Shown here piece by piece: positions 50,047 through 60,837 of a DNA stretch of 64,000 bases (positions within the stretch are counted from its first letter, which is position 1; the number at the start of each line of letters is the position of its first letter). The stretch lies in contig CAKZHN010000179.1 of the NCBI GenBank assembly GCA_936924235.1, positions 15,588 to 79,587 on the forward strand, given 5' to 3'. This DNA comes from an uncultured Rhodoplanes sp. (GTDB lineage Bacteria; Pseudomonadota; Alphaproteobacteria; Rhizobiales; Xanthobacteraceae). Position numbers and translations under genes: made by a program. The notes under the pieces are model-generated. The model was not told the origin of the DNA. It searched no databases and saw only the letters and a list, made by a program, of their open reading frames with translations.

Positions 50047-51335
50047 GCCCGGAGATGGCTGAGACCGGCAGCACCACGAGCGGCGCCACGGCGAGCGGGG
50101 CCGCAGCCAGCGGCAATCTGGGCTGGCGGCGGCACGTGCTTTACGTCGAGGGCTACGATCCGCAGGGCGCCGAGGGCTACTACAAGCTGTTCGAACGGTC
50201 GCTGCGGCGCTTCCTGAAAAACTGGCCGATCCGCGTCAGGCTTGGACCGCTCGAGATCGACTCCGACGACCTGGCGCATTGGGAGGTCGCGGCGGGCGGG
50301 CCGAATTGGCGGGTCCGCACCCGCTACGAATTCCTGCGCCAGGAGCAGATGATCCGCGCCAACATGGCGCAGCCGATGTGGCAGCAGGTGCCGCGCGCGC
50401 TGCTTTGGATTCTTAATTTCCTCTACACCGGCACGCTGTTCCGGATTTACCGCGCCTCGGTCCAGTACGGATTGGCGCTGACGCATTTCCAGCTGATGCT
50501 GATCTGGTGGCTGGTGGGGTCCGCGCTGTTCGGCTGGGTCGTGGCCTTCGGCGTCAAGCTGTTTTTTCCGCTGCCATGGGGCCTCGACATCCTGCTGGGC
50601 GTCGTCGTTGCGGTCGGCCTGTTCGCGCTGCTGCGGCCGCTCGCCGACAGGTGGTTTGTGGTGCAGATCAACAGCCACTGGCCGTATCTGCTGCGCTACG
50701 CTCGCGGCGAGCCGTCGTGCTTCGATCACCCGGTCGAGGCCGGCGCCCAGCGCCTGGTCGAGATGGTCAAGGCGCGGGCCGCCGACGAGATCGTCGTGGT
50801 CGGCCACAGCGGCGGCGGGGTGCTCGCGCCCGCCGTGGTGGCGCGCGCGCTCGAGCTCGATCCGAACCTCGGCGGTTATGGCCCGCGGGTGGTGCTGCTC
50901 ACGCCGGGCTCGCTGATGCCCGGCATCGCCCTGCATCGCCACGCCACACGGGTGCGCCAGGTGGTGCATCGCGTCGCGATCGAGCCGTCGATCCTGTGGA
51001 TCGACGTGCAGGCGCGCGCCGATGTGCTCAACTTCTACAACTTCGATCCGGTCGAAGGCATCGGCATCGACGCCGGGGCGTGGCGCTGCAATCCGCTGGT
51101 CTGGATCGTGCGGATTCGCGACATGCTGGCGCCGGAGTTCTATCGCAAGCGGCGCCTCGATCTGTTCCGTATGCACTACCAGTTCATCATGGCGAACGAC
51201 CAGCGCGCGCCCTACGAATACCTGATGCTGATCTGCGGACCGCTGCCGGTCGAGCAATGGGCGCGGAACGCCGCCGAGACGCTGGCGTGCTTCGACGCGC
51301 AAGGCGCCTATCAGGCGGCGCTGCCGCAGCCTTGA
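50043..51335 (+). CDS. Hypothetical membrane protein with a serine-hydrolase-like GHSGG motif
   Basis: ATGA overlap with the ligase gene; two central TM helices; IVVVGHSGGGVLAPAVVA nucleophile elbow. Confidence 0.55.
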   Translation: MSPEMAETGSTTSGATASGAAASGNLGWRRHVLYVEGYDPQGAEGYYKLFERSLRRFLKNWPIRVRLGPLEIDSDDLAHWEVAAGGPNWRVRTRYEFLRQEQMIRANMAQPMWQQVPRALLWILNFLYTGTLFRIYRASVQYGLALTHFQLMLIWWLVGSALFGWVVAFGVKLFFPLPWGLDILLGVVVAVGLFALLRPLADRWFVVQINSHWPYLLRYARGEPSCFDHPVEAGAQRLVEMVKARAADEIVVVGHSGGGVLAPAVVARALELDPNLGGYGPRVVLLTPGSLMPGIALHRHATRVRQVVHRVAIEPSILWIDVQARADVLNFYNFDPVEGIGIDAGAWRCNPLVWIVRIRDMLAPEFYRKRRLDLFRMHYQFIMANDQRAPYEYLMLICGPLPVEQWARNAAETLACFDAQGAYQAALPQP

Positions 51336-51338
51336 GCG

Positions 51339-52127
51339 TCACGGCGCGCCTTTGCGCCGCCGCCATCCCATGAACGACAGCAGCGCGCGGCGCGGCACCA
51401 GCCGCGACAGCTGCGCCGTCACCCGATTGTCAGCGCCCGGAATGACGACGCGCTGGCCCCGCATCAAGGCGTCATAGCCGTCATGGGCGACGCGCTCGGC
51501 CGAGCGCGCCAGGAATTTCGGGAAGTAGCCCTCCGGCATGCTGGCGCGGGCCTGGAACTCGGTCTCCACCGGGCCGGGGCACAGCGCCGTGACGCGGACG
51601 CCCTTCGACTTCAGCTCCTGATGCAGCGCCTCGGAGAACGACAGCACGTAGGCCTTGGTGGCGTGATAGACCGCCATGCCCGGGCCGGGCATGAAGCTTG
51701 CGACCGACGCGACATTCAACAGGCCGCCGCGGTGGCGCGCCATGCTGTCGGCAAACCGCAGCGACAGCTCGGTCAGCGCGCGGACGTTGAGATCGACCAT
51801 CGCGAGCTGCTCGTCGCGATCGTGATCCAGAGCGTCGCCGACGAGGCCGAAGCCCGCATTGTTGACGAGGTACTGCACCTCGAGGCCTGCGGCGCGCAAT
51901 TCGCCTTCGATCTGCGCGGCCGCCTCGGGCCGTCCGAGATCAACTGCGATGATGTGGGGCCGCGGCCGGCCGGCCGCTTCGATCGCATCTGCAACAGCGG
52001 CAAGCTGCGGCTCCCGCCGCGCCGTGAGCACCACGGCATGGCCGCGCGCAGCGAACACGTGCGCCAGCGCCGCGCCGATGCCGGCGGAGGCACCGGTAAC
52101 CAGGACGATGGGCTTGGGCTCTGCCAT
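51339..52127 (-). CDS. SDR-family oxidoreductase
   Basis: TGASAGIG Rossmann motif and a YxxxK active site. Confidence 0.75.
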   Translation of the reverse strand: MAEPKPIVLVTGASAGIGAALAHVFAARGHAVVLTARREPQLAAVADAIEAAGRPRPHIIAVDLGRPEAAAQIEGELRAAGLEVQYLVNNAGFGLVGDALDHDRDEQLAMVDLNVRALTELSLRFADSMARHRGGLLNVASVASFMPGPGMAVYHATKAYVLSFSEALHQELKSKGVRVTALCPGPVETEFQARASMPEGYFPKFLARSAERVAHDGYDALMRGQRVVIPGADNRVTAQLSRLVPRRALLSFMGWRRRKGAP

Positions 52128-52165
52128 GGTCACGCGGGGAATGGGGTCACGCCAAGTTCGCGCCG

Positions 52166-52594
52166 CTACGGCGCCGCGAACTTCGCGATCACCTCTTGCG
52201 GGATGGGCTTCGATTTTATCTTTTCCGGATCGTCGGGATGCCGCGCGGCCCAGACCCGGGTGTCGAAGCACTCGACGCAAAGCTCGTTGTTGAGCGTGAT
52301 CCTGTGCTGCACGTCGAAGCTCGAGCGGCGGAACTCCACCACCTTGGTCTCGATCACCACGTCGTCGCCGAACTTGGTGGGCTTGAGAAAGCGCGCCCGC
52401 GTGTCGACCATCGGATAGCCTTCGAACTTGTAGTGCCGCGTGAACTGATACTTGCTCATGCCGAGCGCCTGCGAGAACAGCCCCGTGGTGCAGCTGTCGA
52501 ACATTGCGAAGTAGCGCGGGAAGAACACGATTCCGGCCGGGTCGCAATCGCCCCATTCGATGCGGGCGTGCCGGATATAGATCATCGTCCCCAC
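52166..52594 (-). CDS. Hot-dog fold acyl-CoA thioesterase (4HBT/YbgC-like)
   Basis: 142-aa 4HBT fold; GTG start at 52594 with an ATG alternative at 52585. Confidence 0.65.
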   Translation of the reverse strand: MGTMIYIRHARIEWGDCDPAGIVFFPRYFAMFDSCTTGLFSQALGMSKYQFTRHYKFEGYPMVDTRARFLKPTKFGDDVVIETKVVEFRRSSFDVQHRITLNNELCVECFDTRVWAARHPDDPEKIKSKPIPQEVIAKFAAP

Positions 52595-52634
52595 GGCTTG
52601 CTCCAGCTCTCTTGGGTCCAGCTCTTGGCGCGTC

Positions 52635-53396
52635 TCAGCGTGGCGCCATGCGCAGCGCCCCGTCGAGCCGGATCACTTCGCCGTTGAGATAATTGCTGCG
52701 CACGATGAACAGCACAAGGTCGGCGTATTCGCGCGGCTCGCCGAGCCGCTTCGGGAACGGCACCGAGGCGCCGAGGCTGTCCTGCGCGGCCTGCGGCAGC
52801 GCCTTCAGCATCGGCGTGCCGAAGATGCCCGGCGCGATCGCGGCCACGCGGATGCCGAACTGCGACAGCTCGCGGGCGGCCGGGATGGTCATCGCCGCAA
52901 CGCCTCCCTTCGATGCCGAGTACGCCATCTGGCCGATCTGGCCTTCGAAAGCCGCGACCGAAGCGGTCGAGATGATCACGCCGCGCTCCTGGTCGGCGAA
53001 CGGCTCGAGGTTCTGCATGTCGGCGGCGGCGAGCCGCATCATGTTGAAGGTGCCGATCAGGTTGATCGAGATCACCTTCTCGAAATCGGCGAGCGGCATC
53101 GGGCCGTCACGGCCGACCATGCGCTTGGCCGGGCCGATGCCGGCGCAGTTGACGAGGATGCGCGCGGCGCCGTGCTTGTCGCGGGCCTGCTTCAGGGCGG
53201 CGACCGCGCCGGCCTCGCTGGTGACGTCGCAATGGACCGCGATGCCGCCGATCTTGCTGGCCACGGCGGTCGCGCCCTCGATGTTGACGTCGAGGCAGGC
53301 GACCTTGGCGCCGGCCTTGGCCAGCGCCGCCGCGGTCTCGGCGCCGAGGCCTGAGGCTGCGCCCGTCACGATCGCGACGTGTCCTTTGGGATCCAT
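52635..53396 (-). CDS. 3-hydroxyacyl-CoA dehydrogenase, SDR type (HSD17B10 / FadB2x-like)
   Basis: VAIVTGAASGLG, NCAG and YSASKGG motifs. Confidence 0.8.
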   Translation of the reverse strand: MDPKGHVAIVTGAASGLGAETAAALAKAGAKVACLDVNIEGATAVASKIGGIAVHCDVTSEAGAVAALKQARDKHGAARILVNCAGIGPAKRMVGRDGPMPLADFEKVISINLIGTFNMMRLAAADMQNLEPFADQERGVIISTASVAAFEGQIGQMAYSASKGGVAAMTIPAARELSQFGIRVAAIAPGIFGTPMLKALPQAAQDSLGASVPFPKRLGEPREYADLVLFIVRSNYLNGEVIRLDGALRMAPR

Positions 53397-53402
53397 GAAA
53401 TG

Positions 53403-55283
53403 TCAGTTCCGTTGAACGATGGAGATCACGTCGGCCGATGGCGCCGCCGCATAAAGCTCTTCCACCAGAGCCTTCCGCCGCGTCAAGACCGCGCGCTGGT
53501 TGATCGAGCCCTTGTCGGTCGCCTCGCCGGCATCGAGCGACGGCGGCTCGGCCATCAGGATCATCCGGCAGAGCCTGGTCGAGCTGCCGGAGCTTTGCCG
53601 CGCCAGCGCGGTGAGCCTGCGGCCGAATTCATCGCGCAGCCTCGCGTCGGCCAGCACCGCGGCGGGCGGCGCGTCGGCCGGCAGAGCCGCGACCTTGCGG
53701 CAGGCTTCGATATCGGGAAACACCAGCACGGTGAGGTCATCGCGGTCGGCGCCGGCGATCACGGCGTCCCGCACCAGCGGCGCGCAATGATCGACGAACT
53801 GCGCGCGCAGCGCGCCGGCGCTGACCCAGGTGCCGCTGGCGAGCTTGAAGTCCTCGGCGAGCCGGCCGTCGAACAGAAGCCCCTGGCTCGGATCGTCCGG
53901 ATCGACGAACTTCAGCGCATCACCGATCTTGTAGAAGCCTTCCTCGTCAAACGCCTCTTTGGTGAGGTCCGGCCGCCGCCAGTAGCCCGGCGTGATGTTC
54001 GGGCCCTTCAGCCGGCATTCGAGCTTGCCTTCGTTCGGCACGAGCTTCAGCTCGACGCCCGGCGCCGGCACGCCGATATTGCCCGGCCGCGGATAGTCCC
54101 AGTTGCAGGCGACCGCCAGCGGCGAGGTCTCGGTCGAGCCGATGCTGGAGAGGAAGATGATGCGCTCGCCACAGGTCGCGACGCTCAGCTCCTGCAATTC
54201 GTCCCAGACATATTGCTGAAGGCTTGCGCCGGCATAGAACAGCACCTTCAGCCGGCTGAAGAAGTTCTTCCGCAGATCGGCATCGGCGCGAAGATGCGGC
54301 AGCAGCGCCTCGTAGCCCTTCGGCACGTTGAAATAGATGGTAGGCGCGATCTCCTTGAGATTCTTCGCCGTCGCCGCGATTGCGCCGGGCAACGGCTTGC
54401 CCTCGTCGATGTAGAGCGAGCCGCCGTTGTCGAGGATCATGTTGAAGTTGTGGTTGCTGCCGAAGGTGTGGTTCCAGGGCAGCCAGTCTACCACCACCGG
54501 CGGCTCGTCGCCGACGAAGCACAGTCCGGCGCGCGCCATGGCCTGGTTCGCGCACACCATGCGCTGGGTGTTGATCACGCCCTTGGGGTATCCGGTCGAG
54601 CCCGAGGTGAACAGGATCTTGGCGACCGTGTCGGCATTAACCCGGGCGTGGAACGCCTCGACCGTCACGGTCGGCTCGGTCATCAGCAGCTCGGCGAAGG
54701 ACGTCGTCGGCCGGCTGTCGAGCGGATTCGTCGCGGTGACGATCTCGATGCCGAGCGGCACCGCGCTGTCGATCGCGCGTGCGAACAGCTTGCCGTCGGC
54801 GGCGAACACCAGGCCCGGTGTGAGCACCTCGATGATCGACTTGAGCTTGCCGAAGTCGCTCGACATCAGCGAATAGGGCACCGAGATCGGCGCGTAGGGC
54901 ACCCCGATCATCATGGCGGCGAGACCGAGCAGCGCGTGCTCGATGTCGTTGCCGGACAGGATGGCGACCGGGCGCTCCACCGACAGCTTCCGCTCGATCA
55001 GTGCCTGGGCGATGCAGCGCACCTGCAACCACGCGTCGCGATACGTCACCTTGCGCCACGAGCCGTCGCGCGCCCGCTGCGCCAGGAACACGCGATCGGG
55101 CGCCACCGCGGTCCAGTGCTCCAGCCGCTCCGTCAGCTTGGCGGGATAGCGTTCGAGCGGATGCGGCGAACGCAGATAGAGCGTGCCGTCGGGCCTGCGG
55201 TCGAGCTCGACATCGGACGGCCCGAGCCGCACCGGCCGAAGCGGCGCCGCCGCAGCCTTCGGATTGCGCATCGCTTCAGACAT
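53403..55283 (-). CDS. Feruloyl/hydroxycinnamoyl-CoA synthetase-like AMP-dependent ligase (Fcs family)
   Basis: 626 aa; FTSGSTGYPKGV AMP motif; its length and N-terminal region resemble Pseudomonas-type Fcs. Confidence 0.7.
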   Translation of the reverse strand: MSEAMRNPKAAAAPLRPVRLGPSDVELDRRPDGTLYLRSPHPLERYPAKLTERLEHWTAVAPDRVFLAQRARDGSWRKVTYRDAWLQVRCIAQALIERKLSVERPVAILSGNDIEHALLGLAAMMIGVPYAPISVPYSLMSSDFGKLKSIIEVLTPGLVFAADGKLFARAIDSAVPLGIEIVTATNPLDSRPTTSFAELLMTEPTVTVEAFHARVNADTVAKILFTSGSTGYPKGVINTQRMVCANQAMARAGLCFVGDEPPVVVDWLPWNHTFGSNHNFNMILDNGGSLYIDEGKPLPGAIAATAKNLKEIAPTIYFNVPKGYEALLPHLRADADLRKNFFSRLKVLFYAGASLQQYVWDELQELSVATCGERIIFLSSIGSTETSPLAVACNWDYPRPGNIGVPAPGVELKLVPNEGKLECRLKGPNITPGYWRRPDLTKEAFDEEGFYKIGDALKFVDPDDPSQGLLFDGRLAEDFKLASGTWVSAGALRAQFVDHCAPLVRDAVIAGADRDDLTVLVFPDIEACRKVAALPADAPPAAVLADARLRDEFGRRLTALARQSSGSSTRLCRMILMAEPPSLDAGEATDKGSINQRAVLTRRKALVEELYAAAPSADVISIVQRN

Positions 55284-55286
55284 GCT

Positions 55287-56090
55287 TCACCCCCGAAGCA
55301 CCTTCTTGCCGCGCTTTTCCAGAAAATCCTTCAACCGTGCCTTGGCCTCGTCGCTGCCCTGGGCGATCGCCGCCATCAGCGACTCGGCGAGATAGCCCGA
55401 CGCCGGATCGCTCTCGGCGATGCGGGGCAGCACATGCGTGATGGCAAAGTTGGTCAGCGGCGCGTTCTCGGCGATGCGCTTCGCAAGCGCGATGCCCTTG
55501 GCGAGGCCTTCGCCGTCCTCGACCAGATGGTGCGAGAAGCCGACGCTGTGGCCTTCTTCAGCGTTGTAGACGCGGCCGGTCAGCATCATCTCCTGCATGC
55601 GCGACACGCCGATCAGCCGTGGCAGCCGCACCGAGGCGCCGCCGCCCACGTAGATGCCGCGGCTGCCCTCGGGCAACGCGTAGTAGGTCGAGCGCTCGGC
55701 GACGCGGACATGGGTTGCGGCCGCAAGCTCAAGCCCGCCGCCGACCACCGCGCCGTGCAGCACCGCGACCACCGGCGCCTTGCCGAACTCGATGTACTGG
55801 AACGCGCGGTGCCAGCTTGCCGAGTGCTCGATGCCCTGGGCGGTGTTGCGCTCGGTCAGCTCGGTGAGATCGAGGCCCGCGGAGAAGTGCTCGCCTGCGC
55901 CGTTCAGCACCACGGCCTTGATGTCTTTCGGCAGTGTGGCGAAGAACGTCTGCAGCCCCAGCACCGTGGTGTCGTCGAGCGCGTTGCGCTTGTGCGGCCG
56001 CTTCAGCGTGACGATCGCGATGTTGCCGCGCTGCTCGACAGCGAGCGAGGCGGGCAGGGCGGACGTTGGTCGGCTTGCTTTCTTGGCCAT
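55287..56090 (-). CDS. Enoyl-CoA hydratase (crotonase family)
   Basis: Oxyanion-hole motifs FSAGLDL and GGGLELA; start at MAKKAS. Confidence 0.75.
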   Translation of the reverse strand: MAKKASRPTSALPASLAVEQRGNIAIVTLKRPHKRNALDDTTVLGLQTFFATLPKDIKAVVLNGAGEHFSAGLDLTELTERNTAQGIEHSASWHRAFQYIEFGKAPVVAVLHGAVVGGGLELAAATHVRVAERSTYYALPEGSRGIYVGGGASVRLPRLIGVSRMQEMMLTGRVYNAEEGHSVGFSHHLVEDGEGLAKGIALAKRIAENAPLTNFAITHVLPRIAESDPASGYLAESLMAAIAQGSDEAKARLKDFLEKRGKKVLRG

Positions 56091-56173
56091 CGAGGCGGCG
56101 CCCAAAATCGTTGTCAAAGTCAACAAATCGGAGTCTTGCGGGGTCTGGCCGTTCCGGTCAAGCCGCCAGTGTC

Positions 56174-56632
56174 TCACAACACCTCGAAGACCTCGATCCG
56201 CACCTGCTTGTTCGCCCGGGCGCCGTAGCCAATGGCGAGGATACGGTTAAGCCAGGATGAAGCCGGATCGGCGGTTTCGAACCGCATGGCGGTCCGGAAA
56301 TAATAGCGCGAGGGATCGACGGTCTCGTCGCGGGCCAGCGCCGCCATCACGTCCGGCGGGCCATGGCGGTAGCCCTCGGCGTTCACCAGAATGAGGCCGC
56401 CCGTGTTGGTCTCGATGGTGTAGCGCGCCTGCAGGTGGACGACGCCGTCGGCGCGCACGATCTGCCAGTCGGCGCCACCCGGCACCACCTTGCCGTTGAG
56501 CTTCGGCCCTTCGACCGTGCCGCCGAGAATGTCGATGATGCGCCGCTCGCCATAGGGCGTGTTGCCGAGCATCTGGATGCCGCCGAGTGGCGACGTCAGG
56601 ACGAAAATCGGCTTCTCGGATACGAGCGGCAT
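56174..56632 (-). CDS. DUF3237-like small beta-barrel protein
   Basis: 150-aa ORF that heads the minus-strand hydroxycinnamate operon. Confidence 0.5.
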   Translation of the reverse strand: MPLVSEKPIFVLTSPLGGIQMLGNTPYGERRIIDILGGTVEGPKLNGKVVPGGADWQIVRADGVVHLQARYTIETNTGGLILVNAEGYRHGPPDVMAALARDETVDPSRYYFRTAMRFETADPASSWLNRILAIGYGARANKQVRIEVFEVL

Positions 56633-56736
56633 GTTGTTTGACCCCGGCATCGGCGGCACCTAAATTCCGCACGAAACGCCCGCGCAGGCAATGCGCGTCG
56701 CAGCAATCTTCCGGCCCCCCGATCCGTTGCCCTTCC

Positions 56737-57726
56737 ATGAAACGTCGCGATGCCATCAAGCTTCTGGGTGCCGCGGCGGCAAGCCAGGCATTGTCGGTAT
56801 CCCGGTCGGCCTTGGGACAGGCCCAGACGCGAAAAAGGGTCGGATTTCTTTATCCCGGTCTGGGCAGCGTGGTCACCTCCCGGCTGCAGGCGTTCCGCGA
56901 CGGGCTGCGCGAGGCCGGCTGGGGCGACGACAAGGTCGAGATCGACGCACGCTTCGCCGAGTCGGTGGCGCCCCGGAATGCCGCGCTCGCCGCCGAGTTG
57001 GTCGCTGCCAAGGTCGACGTGCTGGCGCCGATCAGCTTCGTCTCGGTCGAGGCTGCGCGCGCCGCCACCAAGACGATCCCGATCGTGGCCTTCGATCTTG
57101 AGACCGATCCGATCGCCGCCGGTATTGCCGCGAACCTCGCGCGTCCTGGGGGCAATACCACGGGCGTCTACTTCGACTTTCCCGACTTCAGCTCCAAGTG
57201 GATGGAGCTGCTCAAGGAGGCGGTGCCGCGACTGGCCAAGGTGGTGGTGGTCCGCGACCCGAGCAGCCCGTCGCCGCAACTGAAGGGGATCGAGACCGCG
57301 GCCAAATGGCTGAACGTCAAGCTCGATGGCATTGTCGACGTGACGAGCCTGGACGGAATGGACGCGGCGTTCCGGTCCGCGGGCGAGCGTCACCCTGACG
57401 CGGTGTTGATCCTCTCGTCGCCGCTGTTCGGCACCAATCCGGCCCGCGTGGCGGAGCTCACGACGAAGTATCGCCTGCCGGCCATCACGCTGTTTCCGGA
57501 GTTCGCGCGCAATGGCGGCCTGATGGCCTATGGCGTCGATTTGCCCGGCGCGTTTCATCAGGCCGGCGGCATGGTCGGCAAGGTTCTGAGCGGAGCCAAA
57601 CCTGCCGAGCTGCCGATCGAGCGGCCGACCAAGTTCGAGCTGGTGGTCAACGCCAAGACCGCCAAGAGCTTCGGCATCGACTTGCCGACCGCGGTGCTGC
57701 TGCGCGCCGACGAGGTGATGGAATGA
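56737..57726 (+). CDS. ABC-transporter-type periplasmic substrate-binding protein (PF04392-like), Tat signal
   Basis: MKRRDAIKLLGAAAA twin-arginine leader; type I SBP fold. Confidence 0.7.
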   Translation: MKRRDAIKLLGAAAASQALSVSRSALGQAQTRKRVGFLYPGLGSVVTSRLQAFRDGLREAGWGDDKVEIDARFAESVAPRNAALAAELVAAKVDVLAPISFVSVEAARAATKTIPIVAFDLETDPIAAGIAANLARPGGNTTGVYFDFPDFSSKWMELLKEAVPRLAKVVVVRDPSSPSPQLKGIETAAKWLNVKLDGIVDVTSLDGMDAAFRSAGERHPDAVLILSSPLFGTNPARVAELTTKYRLPAITLFPEFARNGGLMAYGVDLPGAFHQAGGMVGKVLSGAKPAELPIERPTKFELVVNAKTAKSFGIDLPTAVLLRADEVME

Positions 57727-58700
57727 GGCGCCGCGACGTTATCGCAGGGCTCGGTGCTGCGGCGGCCGCTTCGCTCGCCGCGCGGGCGCAAGGCGCCCGG
57801 CCGGTGGTCGGCTTCCTCGGCAGTGTGTCGGCCAAGACATTCAAGGCTCACCTCGATGGCTTCCTTGAAGGCTTCAAGGACGCTGGCTTTGTCGATGGCC
57901 GCAACGTCAGCATCGAATTCCGCTGGGCAGAGGGACAGTTCGATCGCCTGCCGGCGCAGGCGGCTGAACTGGTGAGCCGGCCTGTCGATCTTCTGGTGAC
58001 CATCGGCGGCAATGTGGCGGCGCTCGCCGCCAAGCGGGCCACTTCGACGATCCCAATCGTCTTTCTGACCGCTGATGACCCAGTGGCGTCGGGCTTGGCC
58101 GCAAGCATGAACCGACCGGGCGGCACCATGACCGGCATCACCTGGCTCGGTGGCGAGCTCGGCGCCAAGAACCTGGAGCTGATCCATGAGCTGTTGCCCG
58201 CGGTCAGCCAGATCGGCGTGCTGATCAATCCGGCGCGGCCAACATCCGACGCCCAGATCAAGAACGCACAGGACGCCGGCCGTGCCATGGGCAAGACGTT
58301 GCGTATCTTCCCCGTAAAAACCTTCCCCGACGTGGACCAGGCTTTCGTGCTGGCGCGGTCCGAAAACATTGGCGCGATGTTCGTGGCCTCCGATCCTTTG
58401 TTTCTCGTCAGCGTCGACCATGTCGCAGCGCTGGCTGCGCGCGCTGGGATTCCGACCGTTTATTTCCTGCGCGAGTTCGTGGTTGCGGGCGGCCTGATGA
58501 GTTATGGCGCCAATATCAGGGCGGCCGCGAGACTCTGCGGCGACTATGCGGCGCGCATTCTCAAGGGCGCCAAGCCCGCCGACCTGCCGATCCAGCAATC
58601 GGCCAAGGTCGAGCTTGCCATCAACCTCAAGACCGCCAAGGCGCTGGGCGTCTCGGTTCCGATCACGTTGCTCGGCCGCGCCGACGAAGTGATAGAGTAG
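57723..58700 (+). CDS. ABC-transporter-type periplasmic substrate-binding protein (PF04392-like), paralog
   Basis: MRRRDVIAGLGAAAAA Tat leader; paralog of the previous gene; 4-nt overlap. Confidence 0.7.
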   Translation: MRRRDVIAGLGAAAAASLAARAQGARPVVGFLGSVSAKTFKAHLDGFLEGFKDAGFVDGRNVSIEFRWAEGQFDRLPAQAAELVSRPVDLLVTIGGNVAALAAKRATSTIPIVFLTADDPVASGLAASMNRPGGTMTGITWLGGELGAKNLELIHELLPAVSQIGVLINPARPTSDAQIKNAQDAGRAMGKTLRIFPVKTFPDVDQAFVLARSENIGAMFVASDPLFLVSVDHVAALAARAGIPTVYFLREFVVAGGLMSYGANIRAAARLCGDYAARILKGAKPADLPIQQSAKVELAINLKTAKALGVSVPITLLGRADEVIE

Positions 58701-58721
58701 GTCCGTCTCAGGAGTATCCCG

Positions 58722-59927
<1,206 letters not shown>

Positions 59928-59960
59928 CCAACGAGAATCGGAATCAAGGAGAACAACAAC

Positions 59961-60836
59961 GTGCCGATGAGTCCCGGCTACATCCCGTTTCACCCGAACC
60001 CGTCGAAGCCGAAGTACAAGCCGCCGGCGGGCGCGGTGGACGCCCACAATCACGTGTTCGGCCCGGAGGCCAAGTTTCCGTTCGCGCCCAAGCGCAAGTA
60101 CACGCCGTGCGACGCGCCGAAGGAAAAGCTGTTCGCGCTGCACGACTTCCTGGGCTTCGAAAAGGCCGTCATCGTGCAGGCGACCTGCCACGACACCGAC
60201 AACCGCGCACTGATCGATGCGCTGGTGACGTCGAACGGCCGCGCCAAGGGCGTCGCCTTCCTCGACGAAAGCTTCTCCGACGAACAGCTCAAGCAGATGG
60301 ACCGCGACGGCATCAAGGGCGCGCGCTTCAACTTCATCAAGCGGCTCGTCGATTCGACGCCGAAGGACGTGATGGTCCGGATCGCCAACCGGATCGCCAA
60401 GCTCGGCTGGCACATTGTGATCTACTTCGAGCACGCCGACCTCGAGGAGATGGGTCCGTTCCTGAAATCGCTGCCGACCACGCTGGTGTTCGACCACATG
60501 GCCTGCCCGAACGTGAAGGAAGGCGTGAACGGCAAGCACTTCCAGAACTGGTTGAAGGCACTCGACGAGAACAAGAACTGGATCACCAAGGTGACGTGCC
60601 CGGAGCGCTTCACCGTCGCGGGCCCGCCCTATGACGACGTCGTGCCGTTCGCGCGCACCATCGTCGAGCGCTTCCCGGACCGCGTGATCTGGGGCACCGA
60701 CTGGCCGCATCCGAACATGCCGAAGGAGGCGCCCGACGACGGCGTCATCACCGACATGATCCCGAAGATCGCGCCGACCGCGGAGCTGCAGCAGAAGCTC
60801 CTGGTCGACAATCCGATGAAGCTCTACTGGGGCTGA
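59961..60836 (+). CDS. ligI: 2-pyrone-4,6-dicarboxylate lactonase
   Basis: PSKPKYKPPAGAVDAHNHVFGP...VIWGTDWPHPNM...LLVDNPMKLYWG matches LigI almost motif for motif; AAGGAG RBS. Confidence 0.8.
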   Translation: MPMSPGYIPFHPNPSKPKYKPPAGAVDAHNHVFGPEAKFPFAPKRKYTPCDAPKEKLFALHDFLGFEKAVIVQATCHDTDNRALIDALVTSNGRAKGVAFLDESFSDEQLKQMDRDGIKGARFNFIKRLVDSTPKDVMVRIANRIAKLGWHIVIYFEHADLEEMGPFLKSLPTTLVFDHMACPNVKEGVNGKHFQNWLKALDENKNWITKVTCPERFTVAGPPYDDVVPFARTIVERFPDRVIWGTDWPHPNMPKEAPDDGVITDMIPKIAPTAELQQKLLVDNPMKLYWG

Positions 60837-60837
60837 G

